A DNA stretch of 64,000 bases from sequence record NC_054910.1; one strand, given 5' to 3'. The notes under the pieces are model-generated. The model made no database searches, had not been told where the DNA came from, and saw only the letters and a list, made by a program, of their open reading frames with translations. Below, one piece after another: positions 1 through 10,431 of this stretch (positions are counted from its first letter, which is position 1; each line of letters starts with the position of its first letter). The stretch comes from Escherichia phage EcNP1. The position numbers and the translations under genes are program-made.

Positions 1-321
1 AATTTTATACTGACGCATCGTCTGCATTGCAACAGTAAAAACTGAATTGATATAATTAATTGGGCTTGGACCGAGACCTTTTAATTTAGCAATTGAACCT
101 TTAGCAGTTAATGTAAAAGGAACAATATGCATCATTTTATCGCCCATTTTTAAATCGCGATTAGTATCACCTCCAGATGTATAGGTACATAAACGAAAGC
201 CTGGTTGTTCAATTGCGTCATCGACATGAACTGAAAAAATTTGCGGTATTTTCTTCTTTGGATTTAAGTTTGTAATCGGAAGAGTAGTATCTTCGTCAAA
301 TAATTCTGTAATGAGTTCCAT
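1..321 (-). CDS. alt: Alt ADP-ribosyltransferase, N-terminal fragment; gene continues past window start
   Basis: Minus-strand translation from ATG near 321 reads MELITELFDEDTTLPITNLNPKKKIPQIFSVHVDD with no stop before the window edge; TATAAATA late promoter just upstream; position beside gene 30 as in T4. Confidence 0.6.
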   Translation of the reverse strand, partial: MELITELFDEDTTLPITNLNPKKKIPQIFSVHVDDAIEQPGFRLCTYTSGGDTNRDLKMGDKMMHIVPFTLTAKGSIAKLKGLGPSPINYINSVFTVAMQTMRQYKI

Positions 322-344
322 CATATCCTCTCTAGTGTTTATTC

Positions 345-352
345 TATTTATA
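345..352 (-). promoter_or_regulatory. late promoter TATAAATA upstream of alt
   Basis: Plus-strand tatttata about 24 nt upstream of alt ATG; alt is a late virion protein. Confidence 0.55.
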
Positions 353-373
353 AAATTAAAGGCCCGAAGGCCT

Positions 374-562
374 TTAATAATCTAGTGGTAAGAGAGTACG
401 GTATATTTCAAACTTCGGACCTTTTTCATAGGCATCAAATGTTTCTGTAAATTTATTATAAGCATATGCATCTACAAATTCAAGAACGATTTGTGATACA
501 GAAGTAGAAACATCTCCACCTTCTTTTTGAGCAACGACAATTGTTTCTAAGTAAGCTTTCAT
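374..562 (-). CDS. hypothetical small protein (62 aa)
   Basis: ORF track; lies between ligase and alt; start overlaps ligase stop (coupled). Confidence 0.5.
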   Translation of the reverse strand: MKAYLETIVVAQKEGGDVSTSVSQIVLEFVDAYAYNKFTETFDAYEKGPKFEIYRTLLPLDY

Positions 563-2019
563 AGACCAGTTACCTCATGAAAATCACCAAATACATCCTC
601 GAATGTATTAGCTTTAGTTTTATCTTCACGTAAACGAATCGCAATTGGAAGAAATAATTTAACGTAATCAGTGCGGCCATCAGATTTTAACCAACCATTG
701 CATTCGCACTCTAGAATTTTTCCAATATAATAATTTTGGTTTTCCATAATGCGAGTACGGTCAAGTTCATGTGATTTTACACCAGCTTTATCTTTTAAAC
801 CTGAACCAGCGTTTACTTTAATTTTTCCGCATTCTGATTCAAGAATAAATCCACCTGCTTTAGTAGGGTCTTTACGGTGAGGATAAATTCCTACAATTTT
901 TAAATCAACATCAATTACTTCTTTAAATTTATAGAGATTTTTTGAACGAGCATTTTCCCACAATCCATCGGTATTTTTGAGAATAATACCTTCAAGACCT
1001 CGGTCAATATATTTTTTATAAATTACCTTAGCTTCATCTAGGTTATTTACTACCTGGTTTTCAATTAAAATTACTTTATCATATCCTGATGTCATTTGTT
1101 CTAGTTTAGAAAAACGTACATCATATTTTAAACGAAACGCCGGAAGACCGTATATTTCTACCAACGGGACATAATCCCAGACCTGAAACTTCATGCATTT
1201 GGCTTCTTTTTCAGAAATGGTTCCCTTTAAAGATTTATTGGCAATTCCATTAGAAGCAGTACGAGATTCAGCTACTTCGGCAAACTCTTTAGCTTTACTG
1301 ATTTCAGGAGCATCAAAAAGAAAATCTAGGCCTTCTGGTTCCTTTTCAACTTGCTCATGGTATACTAATTCGCCATCAATTAACACACCTTCTGGATGAA
1401 TCTGGCGGGCTTCAGCAGTCATTTTGATTAACTCTTCCTTAAGAAGATCTAATCCTAGATATTCATTACCAGCTCGCGATAAAAGACGAACATCATCTAA
1501 TTCATCGCCTCGGACTTCAGCAAAACACCGAGCTCCATCTGCTTTTAACTGCGCAAAAGCTGGAAACTTGATATTCTTACTAATGCCTTTTTCATCATAA
1601 GAACTTGCCAGCATTTGAGGTTGTTCAGGAATTAAACCTGGCCAAACTTTGTTTGCAATAGATACTGAAGCACCACATTCAAGGTCTCGCATCATAACTC
1701 GACGCAAAACTTCAACATCATCCTTTTTACCATCGGTGATATATCCAGTTAATTCCTCAATTGCTGCATTGCCAGTTAATTTCCGAGTAGCTAACGTGAA
1801 TTCAATGAAGTCAAGCATATCGGTAATAGTCAGCATTCCAAAACTCTGGGTAGCAATACCAGGTTTAGGCCATTTCTTGATATAATACTGTAACCCACGA
1901 GAATAAGTCAGACGATATACTCGTTTAAGCAATTCATTATCTTTATTCTTTTCAAGAATTGCTTGCTTCTGCTTAGTTGATCCGATAGATGCTATTTCAT
2001 TCAGAATTTTAAGAATCAT
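559..2019 (-). CDS. 30: ATP-dependent DNA ligase
   Basis: 486 aa; begins MILKILNEIASIGSTKQKQAILEKNKDNELLKRVYRL; KADGAR adenylation motif; matches recalled T4 gp30 almost throughout. Confidence 0.97.
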   Translation of the reverse strand: MILKILNEIASIGSTKQKQAILEKNKDNELLKRVYRLTYSRGLQYYIKKWPKPGIATQSFGMLTITDMLDFIEFTLATRKLTGNAAIEELTGYITDGKKDDVEVLRRVMMRDLECGASVSIANKVWPGLIPEQPQMLASSYDEKGISKNIKFPAFAQLKADGARCFAEVRGDELDDVRLLSRAGNEYLGLDLLKEELIKMTAEARQIHPEGVLIDGELVYHEQVEKEPEGLDFLFDAPEISKAKEFAEVAESRTASNGIANKSLKGTISEKEAKCMKFQVWDYVPLVEIYGLPAFRLKYDVRFSKLEQMTSGYDKVILIENQVVNNLDEAKVIYKKYIDRGLEGIILKNTDGLWENARSKNLYKFKEVIDVDLKIVGIYPHRKDPTKAGGFILESECGKIKVNAGSGLKDKAGVKSHELDRTRIMENQNYYIGKILECECNGWLKSDGRTDYVKLFLPIAIRLREDKTKANTFEDVFGDFHEVTGL

Positions 2020-2285
2020 TGCTCATCCTTCAAGGTTTGGTTTACAGCTCTATTATAAATCAATTCATCATTAAGCTCAGGCAAAGACTTATGATATGTA
2101 GTTCTAACTTTATTTCCTTGCATCCAGTGCTTGACGTAAATGAAACCTTGCTCTACACATTTTTTAAAAATTCGTTCGTCTTTTTGAGCTCGAAATTCTG
2201 GATTGCATCTAAAAAATTGATTTACGTGACCGTAATCACGTGTAGTATTACCTTCATTTTCATAAATAGTGTGAACGACAAACAT
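2016..2285 (-). CDS. hypothetical protein (30.1 position)
   Basis: 89-aa ORF, overlaps ligase start by 4 nt. Confidence 0.6.
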   Translation of the reverse strand: MFVVHTIYENEGNTTRDYGHVNQFFRCNPEFRAQKDERIFKKCVEQGFIYVKHWMQGNKVRTTYHKSLPELNDELIYNRAVNQTLKDEQ

Positions 2286-3124
2286 TAGAATGCTCCTTGA
2301 AAAATATTATCACCACTAGTAGGTCTATTATACAAATACTCTATGCCACCAGGTTTAATATAGTTCCATGTCTGAAACGGATGTGTCTGATATGGATGAT
2401 ATAGATGATTATAAGGATTTAATCCAAGCGTTCTCCAGGTAGTGTTCCAAGGAAAAGAATCGTTTTTAACCATCTTCTCAATTAAATCTTTTATAGCTTT
2501 TTCACTATCAAAACTTTCTTTATTTTCCTTCGGCGAAAAAAGCTTATTTTCTACATCATTCCATGTATAAACTCGCTGCGCAGTTTTTGGAATATTGTCA
2601 CGCTCTCCTCGAGCCATCCAATAAACTGGAACATTTAATATTTCACTCGCATGATCGCAGTGATGAGCGAGATCGTCAATATAACAAATTACGTTATATT
2701 TCTCTTTTGCCTTTTTGAACAGCTCTTCTTTTGAAGAATCATGACCACACATCATTACTTCTGAGAAGGCACCGGGAAAAAGAGCATTCAAATTAAATTG
2801 ACGATTCAACAGAGCGTCAATAGAATCACCCAATGCTGTAACAGCTACAAAATTATAATCTTCTTTTAATTTGTTAATTACACACAGGGCATCTTTATAC
2901 GGAGACAAGTAACGAATAAAATCTGAACGATTGTATTTTTCAATTAACTTGACGCCAAGTTCTTCGTCACAATTAAAGAGTTTACCTGGAGAAATAAATT
3001 TCTCATCTTGGATCATTTTTAAAATATGTTCTAATGGAAGATTATATTTTTGAGCAAAATAAGGAAGGCCTGATTGCCAGCTTAAACAAACTCCATCAAT
3101 ATCAGTTAAAATAGTTGGCTTCAT
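2285..3124 (-). CDS. hypothetical protein with HAD-like N-terminal DxDGV motif (30.2 position)
   Basis: 279 aa; N-terminus ILTDIDGVCLSW resembles HAD hydrolase motif I. Confidence 0.6.
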   Translation of the reverse strand: MKPTILTDIDGVCLSWQSGLPYFAQKYNLPLEHILKMIQDEKFISPGKLFNCDEELGVKLIEKYNRSDFIRYLSPYKDALCVINKLKEDYNFVAVTALGDSIDALLNRQFNLNALFPGAFSEVMMCGHDSSKEELFKKAKEKYNVICYIDDLAHHCDHASEILNVPVYWMARGERDNIPKTAQRVYTWNDVENKLFSPKENKESFDSEKAIKDLIEKMVKNDSFPWNTTWRTLGLNPYNHLYHPYQTHPFQTWNYIKPGGIEYLYNRPTSGDNIFQGAF

Positions 3125-3585
3125 AGAGAGTCTCTTAATAGGTTTAACACATCAATAAATTCAGCTTCGGTTAGTATTGTATCATCTTTTGTTAGACCAC
3201 TAGCCATGCTGTGCTTCAAAACTTTTCCTTTCGAGGCTTGTAATGCATCACGAAAGCCCCTGTTTTGGATCGCTGCTTCAAAATATGCATTTGTGTATAA
3301 TTCTTTCCATGCTGGAGAGTATCTTGAAAATGGAACTCCAAGCCAGAACAACGTGCCACGGTCCTGAGCTCTAGCATAAGCTCGTCCAGCTTTTTGCGCG
3401 TCCAATCCGGACATCCCAAATATACGTCTTTGCTGTTCAACATTTTTCACCTTACATCCTTGGAGGAATCCTTCGAGACCTCCAAATTGGATACCATCCA
3501 TAACGAAAGGCCATTGGGCGAAATTGCTTAATGCACATGATGGCCATCTAAAATTGCTTCTAATCTCTAGCTCAGACATTTTCAA
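3121..3585 (-). CDS. YbiA/DUF1768-like protein (30.3 position)
   Basis: 154 aa; ALSNFAQWPFVMDGIQFGGLEGFLQGCK resembles the YbiA N-glycosidase family signature. Confidence 0.6.
   Translation of the reverse strand: MKMSELEIRSNFRWPSCALSNFAQWPFVMDGIQFGGLEGFLQGCKVKNVEQQRRIFGMSGLDAQKAGRAYARAQDRGTLFWLGVPFSRYSPAWKELYTNAYFEAAIQNRGFRDALQASKGKVLKHSMASGLTKDDTILTEAEFIDVLNLLRDSL
3216..3443 (-). CDS. nested alternative-frame ORF inside 30.3 (30.3'-like)
   Basis: 75-aa ORF fully inside the previous gene in another frame; T4 annotation carries a comparable 30.3' ORF. Confidence 0.35.
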   Translation of the reverse strand: MLNSKDVYLGCPDWTRKKLDELMLELRTVARCSGLEFHFQDTLQHGKNYTQMHILKQRSKTGAFVMHYKPRKEKF

Positions 3586-3778
3586 TACTTATAATTTCAA
3601 CATCAGCCCAATGACCATAGCAAGGAAGACGAAATTCAATTGGCCAGTTAGGGTCCTTTTCTAATATAATAGACTTAACTTGCGGTTCTTCATGTTCATC
3701 GGTATACGGACCTTTATATGTTACTTTATATGTAACCTTAATGTACTGAATTCCAAAAATCTTATTAATTATATTCAT
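3572..3778 (-). CDS. hypothetical protein (68 aa)
   Basis: ORF track; tightly packed same-strand gene string. Confidence 0.5.
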   Translation of the reverse strand: MNIINKIFGIQYIKVTYKVTYKGPYTDEHEEPQVKSIILEKDPNWPIEFRLPCYGHWADVEIISIENV

Positions 3779-3972
3779 ACTAATTCCTTTAATCCATAGA
3801 TAGGAGATAATTCATCACCCATACGAAGGTCTTCATTTCCATCTACCCAGGAAACAATATAAGCTTCTTTTATTTGAACGTCTCTCCATTTAAATGGAGG
3901 TAGAACCTTAGAAATTAATCCAGGTATACCGACTCCCTTTAATTCAACAGTTTGACCTAAAAAGAATTTCAT
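3775..3972 (-). CDS. hypothetical protein (65 aa)
   Basis: ORF track; 4-nt overlap with neighbour. Confidence 0.5.
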   Translation of the reverse strand: MKFFLGQTVELKGVGIPGLISKVLPPFKWRDVQIKEAYIVSWVDGNEDLRMGDELSPIYGLKELV

Positions 3973-4310
3973 TAGAACCTCATCTGAAAACCGTGCGATT
4001 TAACATTACCGCCGCCAATGTCAGAAATGTTAATTTCACGCGCAATTGAAGGGTCAATGTCAATTTCACGATTGAGTTTAGTGATAGCTAGAGTATCACG
4101 CCCATTTACAGTACGGAACTCTAAGGGGCAGACTACATTGACGTAGTTTTTAATCGATTCACTGGTAGGTTGCAAATGAGCAGGAAGGTCTTTAGGCGCC
4201 TTAGAGAAAACTACTTCACAGAAATTTTTGCGGGTATCAAAATAAGTAGTCATAAACACAGTATTTTCCTCAGTAAGGGGCCGAAGCCCCTGTTTTATTT
4301 TAAATATCAA
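3972..4310 (-). CDS. hypothetical protein (112 aa)
   Basis: ORF track; a GGGGC-TTCG-GCCCC hairpin is encoded in codons 6-11. Confidence 0.55.
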   Translation of the reverse strand: MIFKIKQGLRPLTEENTVFMTTYFDTRKNFCEVVFSKAPKDLPAHLQPTSESIKNYVNVVCPLEFRTVNGRDTLAITKLNREIDIDPSIAREINISDIGGGNVKSHGFQMRF

Positions 4311-4665
4311 ATTCGTTAAGAACTACATCAAAGATTGCTTCAAGATGCTCAGGTTTAGCTCTGTTACTCAGAATATGACGAATCCAAGTTTTAACCAGAA
4401 GCTTACGATTAACGCCGTTCCAGCAAGGATGGGTACCTAAATCACGTTGACGAAAATCATCATCTAATGCGATTTTAAAAGAAGAACCTTCTTTCGTGAT
4501 TGAAACCGTGATGCCATTTTCAAATCGCATATAAACGTAATTAGGAGTCATATACTGTTCAATTTCGCATACTGATCCATTTTGATGTTTCCAAAGGCAG
4601 ATAGTATCAATAGAACCTGCAATACCATTAGAAACATATTTACGTTCAAAGTTGATGTAGTTCAT
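4300..4665 (-). CDS. hypothetical protein (121 aa)
   Basis: ORF track; early promoter upstream near 4703-4731. Confidence 0.55.
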   Translation of the reverse strand: MNYINFERKYVSNGIAGSIDTICLWKHQNGSVCEIEQYMTPNYVYMRFENGITVSITKEGSSFKIALDDDFRQRDLGTHPCWNGVNRKLLVKTWIRHILSNRAKPEHLEAIFDVVLNEFDI

Positions 4666-4702
4666 TTTTATTCTCCGAGATGTTTAATTGCGGTACAGGT
4701 AT

Positions 4703-4731
4703 ATAATATCATATCCTGTACCAAAGTAAAC
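4703..4731 (-). promoter_or_regulatory. early promoter
   Basis: Minus strand GTTTAC, 17-nt spacer, TATTAT. Confidence 0.5.
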
Positions 4732-4733
4732 AA

Positions 4734-5066
4734 TTATTTTACTACTTTCCAGTGCTGCATGTCAAGTTTGCCAACTTTTTTCATCTTCTCAATTAAGCGT
4801 TCTGCACGTTGGCGAGCTGTAACATAATACCATTCACCTAATTCATTTTGTTCAATTTTTCCAACGATTACTGTATTCAATTCATAAATCCAACCGGTAA
4901 AGAAATTATGAACTTGAATTGTAAAGGTGAAATCTGTTCCCATACCTTCTGTTGTTTCTACTTCAATAATATCACCTTCAACTGCCATTAAGAACCACAT
5001 AGTTTCGTTATATTCACCATTGAAACATTTAGCTTTAACCGCAGCGTTCAGATTAATCGTTTTCAT
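4734..5066 (-). CDS. hypothetical protein (110 aa)
   Basis: ORF track; early promoter upstream near 5094-5123. Confidence 0.55.
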   Translation of the reverse strand: MKTINLNAAVKAKCFNGEYNETMWFLMAVEGDIIEVETTEGMGTDFTFTIQVHNFFTGWIYELNTVIVGKIEQNELGEWYYVTARQRAERLIEKMKKVGKLDMQHWKVVK

Positions 5067-5143
5067 TTTATTCTCCTTTGTTTGTGTAAGATAATATTAT
5101 CACAAAGGAACCATACTGTAAACAACTTTGTGCAATCTTTGGA

Positions 5144-5171
5144 AAATAAAAAAGGACTCCCGAAGGAGTCC
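5144..5171 (-). terminator. rho-independent terminator (UUCG-tetraloop hairpin)
   Basis: Minus RNA GGACUCC-UUCG-GGAGUCC followed by UUUUUUAUUUU; immediately after the 58-aa ORF stop. Confidence 0.7.
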
Positions 5172-5176
5172 TCAAC

Positions 5177-5353
5177 TTATGCTTTCTGCTTACCAAAACG
5201 AGAAGCATCATCTCGAAGAACCGCACGTGCTCGGCGCATGATCTTCTCAACAGTTTGATTGATACGAGAGTTCGACCCACGCTTGTAGCCAGCGCGTTTA
5301 GAATCACCAACTTTCTTTTCAACTGCTTTCTTTGCTTTAGCTTGTTTTGCCAT
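5177..5353 (-). CDS. small basic protein (58 aa from internal ATG)
   Basis: Track ORF 5177..5395; trimmed to MAKQAKAKKAVEKK; Lys/Arg-rich; terminator immediately downstream. Confidence 0.5.
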   Translation of the reverse strand: MAKQAKAKKAVEKKVGDSKRAGYKRGSNSRINQTVEKIMRRARAVLRDDASRFGKQKA

Positions 5354-5473
5354 TATAAATTCTCTTTTAAATGAAAATGCAGGACTTATTGGCATTGCCT
5401 GCGCAAGCCCTCAAGGGGAACATAGGTTTTTGAATATTTAACGACCAGGATAACCATAAACCCGTCATCATAC

Positions 5474-5722
5474 TTACTTCAGTGTTACCACAAAGTGACG
5501 AACTGCTTTTCGTGCGGCAGAAGCCAAAGGCTTAGCATATTTAAGTTCATCTTTTTCCTGAAGCTCAGCAGCTAATGCAGTTTGAGCAGGATTCAGATGT
5601 TTGAAATAACGCAGGATTTCAAGAGCTTCGGCTTCAACATCAATAGATGCGCCATAGTTTTCGTGACCATTATTCCATGCGTTTCGTTGCAGTTCAAGAG
5701 CGTGTTGTAATTGTTTAATCAT
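5474..5722 (-). CDS. rIII: rIII lysis-inhibition accessory protein
   Basis: 82 aa, MIKQLQHALELQRNAWNNGHENYGASIDVEAEALEILRYF matches recalled T4 RIII; position between 30.x genes and 31. Confidence 0.85.
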   Translation of the reverse strand: MIKQLQHALELQRNAWNNGHENYGASIDVEAEALEILRYFKHLNPAQTALAAELQEKDELKYAKPLASAARKAVRHFVVTLK

Positions 5723-5861
5723 TTAAAAATTCTCGTTAGAGATTAAAACTCGGTAGTCACGTTCTTCTGAATTTCATCTTCTTTCGACAGATCTCTCAGT
5801 TGTAGACTACCACGTAGAATTGTTCGGTTAACTTATTATTCCGACACCCAATTCATATTAT

Positions 5862-5869
5862 TATTTATA
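5862..5869 (-). promoter_or_regulatory. late promoter TATAAATA between 31 and rIII
   Basis: Exact TATAAATA on minus strand abutting gene 31 stop. Confidence 0.45.
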
Positions 5870-6205
5870 TCACTTATAAAGACACGGAATAGCTTTATAG
5901 TGACAGGTAACGAATTTTTGTTTAATTTCTTTTGGCTGCTTAAGTCCCAGAGCTACAAAAGGATGCGGAACGTTTCGAATTTGACCAACTGGAAGAGAAG
6001 TCAAATCACCAACTTCGCAGAAACCTTCAGGAACATCAGGACCAACGGAGTGAACTACACACAGTTCAGGAACTTCACCTTGAACACGTTTACCGATAAT
6101 AAGTCCTGATTCTGTAACTTCTTCATCACCGGCTTGCGCAGGTTCAGAAACTAAAATAACGTATTCACCGACAGCACGAATTGGTAGCTGTTGTACTTCA
6201 GACAT
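5870..6205 (-). CDS. 31: co-chaperonin gp31 (GroES-like)
   Basis: 111 aa, [39 protein letters not shown] matches T4 gp31. Confidence 0.9.
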
Positions 6206-6235
6206 CGTTTTTCCTTTTTGTTAACAGATGAATTA

Positions 6236-6262
6236 ATAATAACAAATAATTCTTAAAGCATT
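6236..6262 (-). promoter_or_regulatory. MotA-dependent middle promoter for gene 31
   Basis: Minus strand AAATGCTTTA (MotA box), 12-nt spacer, then TATTAT, about 30 nt upstream of gene 31 ATG. Confidence 0.5.
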
Positions 6263-6570
6263 TATTTACCAATAAATTGAAGCAAATGCTCAACTTTCAT
6301 ACCATTAACGGAAATCAATTTGTCAATAGAAAAACCTCGCCATGCACCAAGCTCAACATCAAATACTGGAATCATATCAGTAGATTCTTTCCGAGTAGAT
6401 TCAGTCAATTTACCGGTTTGCATGGTTGGCATAAAATCGGCATCACGAGTACCTTTCATAGTACGAATAGTACCATCAGACTTTTCAAAAACTATGTTTG
6501 AAATACCCATGGACAATTTAGTTTTCAAAATTTCACGAATTGCTACTTTTTGTTCAGTTGTCAGTTTCAT
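6262..6570 (-). CDS. hypothetical protein (31.1 position)
   Basis: 102-aa ORF directly upstream of gene 31. Confidence 0.6.
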   Translation of the reverse strand: MKLTTEQKVAIREILKTKLSMGISNIVFEKSDGTIRTMKGTRDADFMPTMQTGKLTESTRKESTDMIPVFDVELGAWRGFSIDKLISVNGMKVEHLLQFIGK

Positions 6571-6807
6571 TTATTTACCTATTACAGTTTTAATATGGGT
6601 TGTTCCACGTTCTTTAAGAGTGGAAAGCAATTTTTGGCATTTTTCTAAATCAGATTTCCAACTATACGGCCTATCAATACTAGTCCAATCAGTTTTATAA
6701 TACTGTTTCCATTTAGAGAAAAAATACTTCTTATACTCTACAGCAAATGAAATGTTCTCATTAGAATAAGAACTAATTGCTGTGAGCTGTACCAAACGAA
6801 ATTTCAT
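6571..6807 (-). CDS. hypothetical protein (31.2 position)
   Basis: 78-aa ORF; stop/start overlap with cd. Confidence 0.55.
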   Translation of the reverse strand: MKFRLVQLTAISSYSNENISFAVEYKKYFFSKWKQYYKTDWTSIDRPYSWKSDLEKCQKLLSTLKERGTTHIKTVIGK

Positions 6808-7388
6808 TATTCACCACAGAATTCGTTGATATTTTCCCAGTTTAACTTATTTAAGTTTTTCTTAGGAACATTAAACACTTCAATACCTGCATTTCGCAGA
6901 ATATCATCCCAGCCAGGTTTATTTTTATCGTATGTTTCGCAATAAACCAGCTTTTTAATACCAGATTGAGCTATCGCTTTTGCGCAATCTGGGCAAGGAG
7001 AAAGTGTTACATACATAATAGCACCTTCAATTGAAGAACCGTTTCGTGCAGCAAACAAAATCGCATTTAGTTCAGCATGAATTTCATTTTTAGACGACCA
7101 TTCAGAGTGCGCGCTACGGTGTTCTTTCGCCAAGACAAAACGATCAGTTGAACCAAACGATACACATTCAGGCTTATGACCTTGAATGATAGTATGTTTA
7201 GGCTTATTCAGCAACCAGCCTTGTTCAGCAGCATAATCACAGCAATTCACACCGCCTGCAGGCGAACCGTTATATCCAGTAGAAATAATACGTCCATTCT
7301 TTTCAATTACTGCTCCTACCTTCCAGGAGCAACATTTGGATTCTTGTGATACTAAATATGCAATTTGAAGTACTGTACTCGCTTTCAT
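6807..7388 (-). CDS. cd: dCMP deaminase
   Basis: 193 aa; HAELNA and SPCPDCAKAI zinc-binding deaminase motifs; T4 Cd length. Confidence 0.95.
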   Translation of the reverse strand: MKASTVLQIAYLVSQESKCCSWKVGAVIEKNGRIISTGYNGSPAGGVNCCDYAAEQGWLLNKPKHTIIQGHKPECVSFGSTDRFVLAKEHRSAHSEWSSKNEIHAELNAILFAARNGSSIEGAIMYVTLSPCPDCAKAIAQSGIKKLVYCETYDKNKPGWDDILRNAGIEVFNVPKKNLNKLNWENINEFCGE

Positions 7389-7723
7389 TTCATAATCACC
7401 AGATAAGCAGATTTAGCAGTTTCAACACGATAAATTTCATGACGAAGTTTAGTTATACTTTTAATAACAGAACTAATTATATTCTGCCCATCTTTAAAGC
7501 GGTTTTTCTTATCAATAAAAATTGCGCCAACCATCTTTTTGTGAAGCTCAACTGGATACTTCGTCACAATAATAGCATCATACACAGAAGGATGAATACT
7601 ATTCACTAGAGTATCATTCATTAAAGTTATTCTAATGAACTGAGCTGTTTCAGAATCAAGCGCTCTATGATCGCCAGTATCATTTTCAAGACAATTATCA
7701 ATTATATCAGTTAAATTCATCAT
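7385..7723 (-). CDS. hypothetical protein (cd.1 position)
   Basis: 112-aa ORF, 4-nt overlap with cd start. Confidence 0.55.
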   Translation of the reverse strand: MMNLTDIIDNCLENDTGDHRALDSETAQFIRITLMNDTLVNSIHPSVYDAIIVTKYPVELHKKMVGAIFIDKKNRFKDGQNIISSVIKSITKLRHEIYRVETAKSAYLVIMK

Positions 7724-7956
7724 AGTACGCCATACACCCTTTGTGCTTCAACTAATCCATCAAAATCCAATTTGAGATGTGTTATTTGGTCACCATCGCC
7801 TGGATTCACAATTACTAATACTGAACGAGGAGTTTCGGTAATAACACGAACCGACGTTTCAGGAAATCGTTCAGAAACCTTATTTACCAATTCTTGAGCA
7901 AATAGTTTAACTTTTTCTTGGAATTCTTTAACAGTAATTGGTTTTTCACTTAGCAT
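7720..7956 (-). CDS. hypothetical protein (cd.2 position)
   Basis: 78-aa ORF, coupled. Confidence 0.55.
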   Translation of the reverse strand: MLSEKPITVKEFQEKVKLFAQELVNKVSERFPETSVRVITETPRSVLVIVNPGDGDQITHLKLDFDGLVEAQRVYGVL

Positions 7957-8477
7957 GTTGATCCTAGCTCCTTACTTTCAACGTTTTTAACTAATTTGAC
8001 AGAAACTAATTCAGCATCTTGAGTAATCATTACCGGACCTTCTTCATACTCTTCAAGATATTCTAGAGCTTTCTTTTTAGCTTCTTCCTTCGTATCAGTT
8101 TGAGCATAGATATAAAACATACAACCAGTAATACCTACTACTTTCCACTTAATTTCTTTATCAGTTTTAATTTCAAATTTACTAACAGAATCATCTTTTT
8201 GAACTTCTTCGAAAAAAGAATATTCTAACATATAAGCAATTGAAAATAACGGACTAACTTTATAGGATTCACCCATTACATCAACAGCTTTATACCAACA
8301 ATCATCAATTTCGCGTTTAATGCTAATAACATTTTTCGCAGGATCTATTTTTACTTTAAATGAATTTTCCCCAATAAACTGGGCAATTCGTTTATTAGCC
8401 CCGCAAGTTTCATTAAAAATATCTTTATATCCAGCTTTAAAGCGATAAACCTTATCTTCTTCAAACCATTCGCTCAT
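7950..8477 (-). CDS. hypothetical protein (cd.3 position)
   Basis: 175-aa ORF; early promoter upstream near 8509-8538. Confidence 0.55.
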   Translation of the reverse strand: MSEWFEEDKVYRFKAGYKDIFNETCGANKRIAQFIGENSFKVKIDPAKNVISIKREIDDCWYKAVDVMGESYKVSPLFSIAYMLEYSFFEEVQKDDSVSKFEIKTDKEIKWKVVGITGCMFYIYAQTDTKEEAKKKALEYLEEYEEGPVMITQDAELVSVKLVKNVESKELGSTC

Positions 8478-8508
8478 TTCAATTTCCTCATTTGTTTTTG
8501 GTAGAGCT

Positions 8509-8538
8509 ATAATATCACAACTCTACCGTAAAGTAAAC
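8509..8538 (-). promoter_or_regulatory. early promoter
   Basis: Minus strand GTTTAC, 18-nt spacer, TATTAT; upstream of the 175-aa ORF. Confidence 0.5.
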
Positions 8539-8540
8539 TA

Positions 8541-8816
8541 TTAAATTGCCTTGAATTCTGATGTCTGTGATTCAAAGCGAATATCGCCTTTGATGACTAG
8601 CTCAGCATCAAGACCGAATACGACGATGATATGCGCGGAACCTGGATACAGCGTAATTGCAATAGAATCCACTTGGTCTGGAAGCAAAGCGTTCAATACA
8701 TGAGTCACTTGAGCGTGGATTCGAAGTTCAGCTGCATTATCAAGCTTTTCAAACATGTTATTAGCGATAATTTGGCTAAACACTACTTCTACGATTTTAG
8801 AGTAAGTCGGAAACAT
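8541..8816 (-). CDS. hypothetical protein (cd.4 position)
   Basis: 91-aa ORF. Confidence 0.5.
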   Translation of the reverse strand: MFPTYSKIVEVVFSQIIANNMFEKLDNAAELRIHAQVTHVLNALLPDQVDSIAITLYPGSAHIIVVFGLDAELVIKGDIRFESQTSEFKAI

Positions 8817-8818
8817 AT

Positions 8819-9019
8819 TTACCTCACATAATTTTCTTCAAGCCAATCAATAACATCCAAAGCGTTATCAAAAATTGAACCATCTACTTTGTCTTCTGTT
8901 TCATAATCAAGAACATCTAAGCCTACTCTTCCATCTACAATAGGCCATAAACAAAATAGATATTTCTTTTCTTTTTCAATTTTATCACAAAGTCGATAAA
9001 TCTTTTCTAGATTATTCAT
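8819..9019 (-). CDS. hypothetical protein (cd.5 position)
   Basis: 66-aa ORF. Confidence 0.5.
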   Translation of the reverse strand: MNNLEKIYRLCDKIEKEKKYLFCLWPIVDGRVGLDVLDYETEDKVDGSIFDNALDVIDWLEENYVR

Positions 9020-9208
9020 AAGTTTTCCATGGTAAAGGCAGTTTAGTTTTCTTTACTGTTAGTTCAACATCAGGATTCTTTTCTCTTAATTTAAGACATT
9101 CCTCCCAAGCTCTGTTTTCACTAGTGAAAACACAAAATTGCCCATTACTAGTACCAACTAAACCGCTATTTACAATAACAATAGACCAAGTTTCATGATG
9201 CCAAGCCA

Positions 9209-9209
<1 letters not shown>
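9012..9209 (-). CDS. hypothetical protein (65 aa)
   Basis: ORF track; start abuts pseT stop. Confidence 0.45.

Positions 9210-10427
<1,218 letters not shown>

Positions 10428-10431
<4 letters not shown>

Noticed and set aside
1193-1885. Plus-strand ORFs (68 and 78 aa) inside the ligase gene, and similar antisense ORFs inside other minus-strand genes (e.g. 21066-21545 in gene 32, 25561-25803 and 29907-30296 opposite the tail-fibre genes).
   Set aside because: They lie wholly within well-supported genes on the other strand, have no RBS, and look like shadow ORFs in A/T-rich coding DNA.
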